IMG/VR virus record: IMGVR_UViG_3300047322_000758
Length of the DNA stretch: 64,000 nucleotides
Reading direction: 5' to 3' (one strand)
Origin: an uncultured virus (IMG/VR IMGVR_UViG_3300047322_000758)
Taxonomy: Duplodnaviria > Heunggongvirae > Uroviricota > Caudoviricetes
Numbering within the stretch: the stretch's first letter is position 1; every line of letters begins with the position of its first letter. The notes beneath the pieces are model-generated. The model worked only from the letters and a program-made list of their open reading frames with translations. It had not been told where the DNA came from and made no database searches. Made by a program: the position numbers and the translations under genes. Positions 57,150 through 64,000 of the stretch are shown piece by piece.

Positions 57150-57255
57150 GGCGCTACCGTACCCGAACTAGATGCTCGGGAAGGGGTCAGCTAACGGACC
57201 CCCGGTAGTGGACGCACTGGGAAGGCGTCCGGTAATTGCCTGCGAACAGTATAGG

Positions 57256-57561
57256 CTAACAGGCCCCCTGTGTAGTAAGGCAGCCACCGTAGCCAGTCTT
57301 CGGAAGCGCCTTCGGCGTCGCGTTGTTTGCTGCGCCCGGCGTGGGCGGTAGTGGAGCTCCAGTCGGCGCTCGCGTGGGCACTGGCGTTGCGGATGGCCCA
57401 GGAGTGCGTGTTGGTGTCGCAGGGGCCGCAGTGGCAGTCCTAGTCGTCGGAATGGGGGTCGTAGCGGTCGGTGTTGACCCAGCTGGCGGGATTGGCGCTG
57501 GTGGCCTGCACCATGGAAGCACGAACAGCAGGATGCTTGCGACGAGTACCGTGCGAATCAT
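57256..57561 (-). CDS. secreted/lipoprotein-like Pro/Thr-rich protein with LPKTG
   Basis: Hydrophobic N-terminus with Cys, PT repeats and ALPKTG. Confidence 0.6.
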   Translation of the reverse strand: MIRTVLVASILLFVLPWCRPPAPIPPAGSTPTATTPIPTTRTATAAPATPTRTPGPSATPVPTRAPTGAPLPPTPGAANNATPKALPKTGYGGCLTTQGAC

Positions 57562-57563
57562 GC

Positions 57564-58132
57564 CTATCTCCGATGGCCTGCATGTTGGCTTACGTTCGCA
57601 TGATATTCGTCAAGCCCCTTGAGGTAGACGAGTCCGCGAGTCAGCCAGTAGTCACGGTTTGGGAGCTTCAGGAGCTCCCAGACGGGGCAGTGGTAGACGT
57701 CGTTGGCGACTCTGAGCCAGGCCCAGTCTGGGGGCTGGTCTCCGATGATGCCGCCGGTTGCGAACCATTGGAGCCACCGACGGCGTTCGATTCCCCCAGG
57801 CGGTAGTCCTCGAGAATGCGCGACCAGAAGTAATAGATGACCTTGCTGCTGATCCTGGCTTCCTTCAGCCCCTCCATGGTGAGCGGCACCAGCTCAGGGC
57901 TGTCCTTCGTCTTTTGGATATCCCATTCCGTGACGGCGGTCAGGAAGAGCGAGTAGATGGGCTCGACGATGCTTTTGCTCTCCAGATATGCCCGCTGCGT
58001 CCGCTCGGCATCCTCATCGAAGTAGTTGGGCCTGTAGGTTATCTTGACTACTTCTCCAGGGAAGCCGATGGGTTGAGCATCGATCTCCAGGGTGCGCTTG
58101 AGCGCGACTATGTCAACGGCTGTTATACCCAA
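57564..58132 (-). CDS. tail assembly chaperone pair with programmed -1 frameshift
   Basis: Short ORF 57668-58132; slippery GGGGGAA at 57791-57797; the -1 frame is open to TAG at 57564; between the tail tube and TMP genes. Confidence 0.8.
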
Positions 58133-58143
58133 CGATCACCTCT

Positions 58144-59445
58144 TTATGGACTCGTCACCGCATTCTGCAAAGTCACCTTGATCGGATATCCGGCCGTCGG
58201 GTCGGCAATCAAGACGCACTCGTATCCTATGGCACGCACGCCCTCCTCGGAAGAGAAGGCGTCCGGCTGCCGGACCTTCAGCGGCATATCGATCTGCAAC
58301 TTGTACTTCGTGCCGGTCCCCAGCGTCGGTCCACTGGCAAGCAGGCGGCAGTAGAACGTCGTGCCAGCACGCATGTAGCCCAGAGGCACCTTGCCGGCGC
58401 TGTCGGCCTCCATGACCAGTTTGACGACGGTTTTCGGGACGAGCTCGACGGTAGTCGCGTAGCTCGGGTTCGAGGTGCGCATTGGCCAGATGGGACCGTA
58501 GCGGCCGGTGATGGCTATCTCCAGGGAGAAGTCGCGCTCGAGGTAGGTGGTGCCGATGGACCCGAAGGACGAGTCGATGAAGACGTCAAGCTGATTGCCG
58601 AGAATCGGCATGATAGGCAGTTGGTTCGGAGCGGCGCCCGACCCGAGAGTCGTTTGCGCTACCGTCGCGGCCGGCGCGGTGCCGCCTGTAAGCAGAGAAC
58701 CATCGACGGTGATCGGGTTGATAAAGACATGCAGCAGTGCGCTCGCGAACGTCAGGATGTAGCTCGTGCCAGCGCTTCCGGTGACCAGGACGTTGCCAGT
58801 CCCAATGTTCGGGAGCGCCTGCAGGGCAGTCTGGAGAACCGACGTAGCGACGTTGTACACGGACCTGACGGTAAGGCCGTTATAGGTGATATCGAACGTG
58901 CCGCCAGCTGGAGATCCAGTGATGGTGATGGTCTGGACAGCGGTGGCGTTCGGGCCGACGGTGAGCGGCGCCTCGGTATCCATGAGGGTGCCGATCATCT
59001 TGCCCTTGAACGTCGGCGACTTCCGGTTGAACGTCCAGGTGCCGTCAATCAGAAAGGCGTTCATCATCCGCTCGGCTTCGACAGCGTCGCCGGTCTCAAC
59101 GGTGAAGAACATGGGCGTATCCGGGCTGTCGAAGCTCGGCTGCATGACGTAGGACTTGCCGCCCGAGATAGTGCCTGGCGACCCATCAGTCGTCAACAGG
59201 CTCGCGAGCATGAACAGCGACTCGTTGTAGTCAACGGGGCCGGACAGGTCAATATCCGTCCATTCCTCATTGACGGCCACGAAGTTGGGGAATTTGAAGC
59301 CGGAGCCGACAAACTCCTCGGTGGACGTCATGATGTGCGGAGTCGCCTTCAACGTCTGCATGATATGCGTCGTCGCTACGGGGAGCAGGACGTTGCTCTG
59401 CACCCCGAGCTGGAGCCTTTGATCTACATCTATGCGCTCGACCAT
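58144..59445 (-). CDS. major tail (tube) protein with inserted Ig-like domain
   Basis: Position; GGAGG RBS before ATG 59445; VQTITITGSPAGGTF insertion. Confidence 0.8.
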   Translation of the reverse strand: MVERIDVDQRLQLGVQSNVLLPVATTHIMQTLKATPHIMTSTEEFVGSGFKFPNFVAVNEEWTDIDLSGPVDYNESLFMLASLLTTDGSPGTISGGKSYVMQPSFDSPDTPMFFTVETGDAVEAERMMNAFLIDGTWTFNRKSPTFKGKMIGTLMDTEAPLTVGPNATAVQTITITGSPAGGTFDITYNGLTVRSVYNVATSVLQTALQALPNIGTGNVLVTGSAGTSYILTFASALLHVFINPITVDGSLLTGGTAPAATVAQTTLGSGAAPNQLPIMPILGNQLDVFIDSSFGSIGTTYLERDFSLEIAITGRYGPIWPMRTSNPSYATTVELVPKTVVKLVMEADSAGKVPLGYMRAGTTFYCRLLASGPTLGTGTKYKLQIDMPLKVRQPDAFSSEEGVRAIGYECVLIADPTAGYPIKVTLQNAVTSP

Positions 59446-59460
59446 TGCCAATCCCTCCGG

Positions 59461-59477
59461 CGTCCCAAGTTGGGACG
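59461..59477. repeat. dispersed 17-bp palindrome, copy 7
   Basis: CGTCCCAAGTTGGGACG (21 bp with flanks), intergenic, immediately upstream of the tail tube RBS. Confidence 0.85.
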
Positions 59478-59492
59478 CCACCAACTAGGCGC

Positions 59493-59993
59493 CTATATTG
59501 CGCTCGCGTGTACACGAAACTCTTGAAGCACGCTGCTCCACTCATCGCCCTGGTCGACACCGCCCCTGGGACGAGTGGATTCGCGAACGCAGTCGTAAAC
59601 AATGCCGCCAGACGTCTCAATGGGCAGATCGCCCCTGGCAGGAACGAGTGTCAGCACGTCATAAATCCTGCGGATGGCGATCTCGATGGTGGATATCGCC
59701 GTGCCAGCGCAGAACGCCTCAACCCGATAGACGCAGTTCACATGGGTCTTGATTGCACCGAACCCTGCCAGCGCGTCGACGCCGGACACCATGTCGTAGA
59801 TGACGTATGGCAGCGCGGCTCCGAATGGTGCTCGAGAGCGATAAACGCCCGCGACGTTGCCCATCAGGCGGGTGTCGCCAAGCATCTGCGCCTGCATCCA
59901 GCGCCCGACGAGGAAGATTTCACTGGTATTGAGTGGGAGAAATGGGCTGATGCTGACCGTACCGAGCGGTGGATGCGCTGTTGCGTCAGCCAT
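59493..59993 (-). CDS. tail terminator-like protein
   Basis: VY...AP..A.LPYVIY; position before the tail tube gene. Confidence 0.7.
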   Translation of the reverse strand: MADATAHPPLGTVSISPFLPLNTSEIFLVGRWMQAQMLGDTRLMGNVAGVYRSRAPFGAALPYVIYDMVSGVDALAGFGAIKTHVNCVYRVEAFCAGTAISTIEIAIRRIYDVLTLVPARGDLPIETSGGIVYDCVRESTRPRGGVDQGDEWSSVLQEFRVHASAI

Positions 59994-60412
59994 CAGCCCA
60001 CCAAGTCGTAGAAGAAGCCCTTGGCGTCTGCCATGACGCTTTCGGCTGCAGGAACAAGGTATGGCTGCGCCTGCGTATGCAGCGTGCCAAACTCAACGTC
60101 GGCGCCGTAATCCTGGCAGGGGCCAATCAACGCTTCATGCGGGCCGGCTGTTGCCTCGTCAAGGAGATGGCCAGGTCGAAGATCAGATGCAGTACCGGCT
60201 GCCTCTGGGTAGGTGCTTTGCTTGGTGGTCGTGACGTAGATGCCCTCGGCGAGGGCTCCAGTCAGCTTCGGAGCGTTCGAGCTGGCCGTAGAGGCAACCT
60301 TCTTGCCGAGCGCAAACAGACGCTCATCAGCAGCCTCGCTTATTGTGGCTGCGAGGCCGTCCAGGATGCTGTGGACGAGAATGACGCTGACGTTTAAGCC
60401 TGCCAAATGCAC
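59993..60412 (-). CDS. HK97 gp10-like tail completion protein
   Basis: APKLTGAL...VEFGT...AQPYLVPA. Confidence 0.8.
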   Translation of the reverse strand: MHLAGLNVSVILVHSILDGLAATISEAADERLFALGKKVASTASSNAPKLTGALAEGIYVTTTKQSTYPEAAGTASDLRPGHLLDEATAGPHEALIGPCQDYGADVEFGTLHTQAQPYLVPAAESVMADAKGFFYDLVG

Positions 60413-60478
60413 GGGTCCGAGAGCCAGCTAAAAACGGGCTCAGTGGATGGCGCAGCTGAATACAGGCGCCGAGGAAAT

Positions 60479-60667
60479 CTAGGCTCGGAGTGTCTTCTGC
60501 TGTTCCTCCTCGGCCGATTGCTCAGCCATGTGGCGGAGCTCTTCGAGGGTAATGACGTTCAGATGCATCGCTCCGCGGTGTGGTGAATCTATCACCAGCA
60601 CGCCATTTTGAATACGTGCGAACGGTAGATCGCAACGACCGCAAATGAGGCTTCGGCGTGACGACAT
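60479..60667 (-). CDS. small Zn-ribbon protein
   Basis: CGRC...H...H; GGAG RBS. Confidence 0.5.
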   Translation of the reverse strand: MSSRRSLICGRCDLPFARIQNGVLVIDSPHRGAMHLNVITLEELRHMAEQSAEEEQQKTLRA

Positions 60668-60701
60668 CCGATACTCCAGTCCGATTGATAGTAGCAGGAT
60701 T

Positions 60702-61712
60702 TCAAGGGCAGGCTATGAGACTCCCCTGTGCCAGAGCTCCATTCAGGAAGTATGCCTGCCGGCAGACGTTCGGCTGAGGCGTCGGTGATGGTGTGGGCGT
60801 GGGCTGATTGCCTACGGTGACGGACACCGATCTTGAAGGAGATATCTGCCCCGTCGCTCCATCGCCAACCCACGCGGCAGCGCCATAGGTGCCAGCTGAT
60901 GTGTATGTGTGAGAGAACACATGCCCCTGCTGCCAGTTCGCCGAGGTGCCGTCCCCATAGGCCACGGCGTAATACGGAACTGTCGCCTGTCCAGTGATGG
61001 TGAACGTCGCGGTCAGGCCGGTCCCGCTCAGCGAAACAGTCGGTGCCACGAGCCCGGTCGGAGATGGAGTTGGCGTCGGTGTCGGTGTTCGCGTGGGCGT
61101 CGGCTGTGGCGTCGGCGTCGACGGGTCCGCCGTCGACGCGAAGGTCATTGTGTTCATCCAGAAGTTCGGCCAGGTCGTCGTGCCGTCGTTGTAAATGCCC
61201 TCTTCGAAGGAGACTCCGACCGAGACCATGTTCGCGTCGAGCAGGTTGGCGAGGTGCGGTGGGCTATTGACGTACTGATTGAATGTCGCGGTCGGGTCAC
61301 CGGACCCGTTGCCGGCGATATTCTCGTCGATGCTCTGCGTCGGGCTCCCGCAGTTCTGCGTGCGGGCCAGCGTTGCACCGTAGCTGTCATGCGCAAAGAC
61401 GCCTGTGCTGGCCATTTGCAGGGAGTGGGTGTCGGCGCTGCGCTCGAGGCTGGGCGATACCGATAAGGCGGGAACGCCGTGGCTGGCACGTAGTTGGTTC
61501 GTCATATCAATGACGGCCTGCTCGTTCGCGTTCGGTGTCGAATGCGAAGAGCCGCACACGGTCGTCTCTCGAGTGCTGGCCGCTGCCGAGAGCGGTGGGC
61601 CGACAACGGATGGCGCAGCAGTCTGCCCCACATGCCCCTGCGAGAAGGCGATGTGCGGAGCCAGCACCATCACAAACGCCAACAACGCAAACAGCGGAAT
61701 TAGCTTCTTCAT
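60702..61712 (-). CDS. secreted CAP/SCP-domain plus PKD-domain protein
   Basis: Signal peptide; NQLRASHG...HS..MA...ENIA...NSPPHLANLL; YGDG...HTY...GTY (PKD). Confidence 0.8.
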   Translation of the reverse strand: MKKLIPLFALLAFVMVLAPHIAFSQGHVGQTAAPSVVGPPLSAAASTRETTVCGSSHSTPNANEQAVIDMTNQLRASHGVPALSVSPSLERSADTHSLQMASTGVFAHDSYGATLARTQNCGSPTQSIDENIAGNGSGDPTATFNQYVNSPPHLANLLDANMVSVGVSFEEGIYNDGTTTWPNFWMNTMTFASTADPSTPTPQPTPTRTPTPTPTPSPTGLVAPTVSLSGTGLTATFTITGQATVPYYAVAYGDGTSANWQQGHVFSHTYTSAGTYGAAAWVGDGATGQISPSRSVSVTVGNQPTPTPSPTPQPNVCRQAYFLNGALAQGSLIACP

Positions 61713-62089
61713 TCGATAACGGACCCGAGCCATCTCTCCGTCGCTCCATAGGTCATCGGGTCTTGCCGAGCTTCAATGCGAATCGTGAGTCCTGGCAAGA
61801 CCACGAGATCCTCGATATGCACGTCGATAGGCGAGCCGACCACAATAGATGGATCGATGAAGTCGATGACCCAGCGGCTATGCGCCTCAACCCTGTCGAC
61901 GTATTCGCCCAGCTCAGCCGGCATACGGTACGGACTAACGTGCGTTGGAACATCTGTGGCGTAGGTCACCGGCGCCTGAGTACGACCGCCCATATTGTCG
62001 GAAGTGCTGGATGGACGCTGAAGCGTGGCACGGTCCCTGAGAAACCTGGAGGCCCGGCGAGCCGCATGGTCCTGATGTGGAAGCGTCAT
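61709..62089 (-). CDS. head closure/stopper-like protein
   Basis: Position; TLQRP...DNMGG pattern. Confidence 0.6.
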   Translation of the reverse strand: MTLPHQDHAARRASRFLRDRATLQRPSSTSDNMGGRTQAPVTYATDVPTHVSPYRMPAELGEYVDRVEAHSRWVIDFIDPSIVVGSPIDVHIEDLVVLPGLTIRIEARQDPMTYGATERWLGSVIE

Positions 62090-62505
62090 AGCATCCGCAA
62101 GCCATTGGCAAGCCTGAATGTCGATGCCCTGTTCGCCTCGAACGGATTGAGTCCGAGCAGGACGTCCACAATCTCGTCACCACGGTTCATGAGGATGGAA
62201 CCCAGCATCATCCAATCGACCTGATTGGACATGCTGCGTGAGTCCCCGAACTGCTCCATGGTGTAGCGCGAGAGCTGCGGGCTCAGCATCGCCGCCAGGT
62301 AGTAGATGCAGGCGTTCTTGCTCTCCTGCGACGTCAGGTCCACCGCAGGATTTGCGCCTGCAACCCGCGTGAGAAAGCGGTTCTCCGCCTCACCCTGGAA
62401 GATGGAGAGCTCAATGGTAGCGTCGGGCAGCACCGTGGCATCAAGTTCGATGTCCAGTGCTGCCCGAACGGCAGCCCAATCAGAGGTATCGAGGATAGGA
62501 GGCAT
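62086..62505 (-). CDS. head-tail adaptor-like protein
   Basis: Position after capsid genes; helical. Confidence 0.55.
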   Translation of the reverse strand: MPPILDTSDWAAVRAALDIELDATVLPDATIELSIFQGEAENRFLTRVAGANPAVDLTSQESKNACIYYLAAMLSPQLSRYTMEQFGDSRSMSNQVDWMMLGSILMNRGDEIVDVLLGLNPFEANRASTFRLANGLRML

Positions 62506-62844
62506 TTATCTCCGTCTGGTTCTCGTCGGTTCGGAGGCTTCTTCCTCCTCTTCCTCTTCCTCTTCTTCGTCGTCCAGTGTCACCTCTTCAGTGCGAATCG
62601 GTGACGTGTCGTCGGGGCCATCGCACTGCTCAATCTGACGCAGTGAAATCTGCGCGTCGACCATGGGCGTTCGAGCTACGAGCACGGGAGTAGGCCCACA
62701 GACAAACACCTCGTTCGTTGCACCGGGATGCTGCTTGTGGCGCTCGTACAGGCCGATGCGATAGCCACCGTCATGCATCTGGCGGGCAGTCCCACGGACC
62801 CATATCTTCGAGTAGGTCTTCTCCCGTTTCCTTCGCTCTGCCAT
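62506..62844 (-). CDS. hypothetical protein with poly-Glu tail
   Basis: GGAGG RBS. Confidence 0.6.
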   Translation of the reverse strand: MAERRKREKTYSKIWVRGTARQMHDGGYRIGLYERHKQHPGATNEVFVCGPTPVLVARTPMVDAQISLRQIEQCDGPDDTSPIRTEEVTLDDEEEEEEEEEEASEPTRTRRR

Positions 62845-62868
62845 ATACCCTCCTTCAGAGATGTGTGG

Positions 62869-63357
62869 CTAGGTCAATGCGCCGGTCGTCGTGATGGTCA
62901 CGAACAGGCCGGTCCCAGCGGTGCCGGAGCCGATCTGATCGATATCCACCGTGATGCGGTCTCCGGCTGTCAGTGCCACGATATCAGGCAGCGTGGTCGA
63001 ACTGGCGTGCGCCGAGGTCGCAATCGTCGGCCGGTTGCCCTGCGTCGTGAACACCGTGGTGCCGTTCTGATTGACATCAATGATGAAACTCGACGTCGTC
63101 GGAGCCGTCTCCAGATAGGCGCGGATGTCGACGATCGTCTCGTTCTTACCAATCAGAAACGCGAGCTTCTCTACTCCGGTCGTCTGCGCACCGGCAATGT
63201 AGAAGCAGTGGTCAATCTGGCCCGAGACAAGGCCGCCGGCATTGGCAGCAAGTGCCGCTGCAGGAACGGTCCCGTCCTTGATCTGTGCGCCGTCGAACTT
63301 CACGCCAAGGATGAGTTCATCCAGGTTCGTGACCCTCGACGTCTGTGGTGTCGTCAT
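62869..63357 (-). CDS. probable capsid decoration protein
   Basis: Immediately after the major capsid gene; beta-rich; AGGAGG RBS. Confidence 0.55.
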   Translation of the reverse strand: MTTPQTSRVTNLDELILGVKFDGAQIKDGTVPAAALAANAGGLVSGQIDHCFYIAGAQTTGVEKLAFLIGKNETIVDIRAYLETAPTTSSFIIDVNQNGTTVFTTQGNRPTIATSAHASSTTLPDIVALTAGDRITVDIDQIGSGTAGTGLFVTITTTGALT

Positions 63358-63382
63358 GAAGCCTCCTCCTTACGAGTGGCCG

Positions 63383-64000
63383 CTATGCGTTGACGTTGAG
63401 GGTCTTGACGGCGAACTGATCGAAGACGTCGTAGCCCTCAACCTCTGAGAGGGTGATGACCTGCGTCTGCCGCTTGATCCACTTATCGACTTCGCTGATC
63501 TCGCTGCCGATTTCGACCACACGCTCAATCGCCCACTGGCGGTCGAACCCGATGATCTTGAGCGACGGCGCCGCAGTGGTATGGCCGACGCGAACACTAT
63601 CAGCCAAGCCAGGATTGATTGGAGCAAATGAGCCGTAGGTGCTTGCCGGCAGGAATGCCAGCGGGATATTGGCGCTGCCAGCGTTCAGAAGCTCCAACTG
63701 CAGGTAGACGTCATCCTGGACGATGGCATGGGTGATGCTGTACGGATTGACGAACTTCAGCTTGAACGCGAGCCAGGCCTTGAGGGTCAAGGTGCCCGCA
63801 GTCGCGCCAGTATCGAGCGCGGTCAAGTTGTAATTCGTCGCGGCCGTATTGGCGTTGCCGTCACCGTTCAGCATGATGTCGAGAATGGCGGCCAGCTTAT
63901 TGATCTCGGTCCGAAGGGCGATACGTGCCAGGTGGAGCGCCACGAGGTCGATTCGGCGGCGCCGCATCTCTTCGTAGGTGAGCTCAATGGCCCTGCCGTA
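63383..64000 (-). CDS. major capsid protein (3' part, truncated by the window edge)
   Basis: Frame open to the window end; YGRAIELTYEEMRR...NGDGN fits the HK97-fold; upstream of head-tail genes. Confidence 0.75.
   Translation of the reverse strand, partial: YGRAIELTYEEMRRRRIDLVALHLARIALRTEINKLAAILDIMLNGDGNANTAATNYNLTALDTGATAGTLTLKAWLAFKLKFVNPYSITHAIVQDDVYLQLELLNAGSANIPLAFLPASTYGSFAPINPGLADSVRVGHTTAAPSLKIIGFDRQWAIERVVEIGSEISEVDKWIKRQTQVITLSEVEGYDVFDQFAVKTLNVNA

Noticed and set aside
57150..57240. tRNA gene
   Set aside because: Multi-stem, but it lacks the T-loop and D-loop consensus and cloverleaf spacing; kept only as a putative structured leader.

Overview
The window is most of a GC-rich, tailed (siphovirus-like) phage or prophage genome, read almost entirely on the minus strand and apparently circularly permuted. 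It runs from terminase genes (1.5-3.4 kb) through a non-coding, terminus-like region (3.7-6.1 kb) and a long early/middle accessory region of small genes (6-29 kb). After that come a lambda O/P-like replication and recombination module with iterons (29-36 kb), lysis and membrane genes (36-43 kb), tail genes (43-60 kb), and head-tail genes plus the 3' part of the major capsid gene (60-64 kb). I could not identify a portal, integrase, DNA polymerase, tRNA or canonical CRISPR array. The most striking element is at 18395-19336: a stand-alone RAMP/Cas7-like gene flanked on both sides by non-coding arrays of strictly phased 5-nt GGY-NN units (22 and 32 units), a candidate minimal RNA-guided system. 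Other notable signals are a 17-bp palindrome repeated 7 times at 7-11 kb spacing in a genome encoding ParB, a tandem array of five mosaic paralogues built from conserved DNA boxes, and a tape-measure gene that appears to start at ACG behind a structured leader. All family assignments come from motifs recognised by eye, not from database searches.
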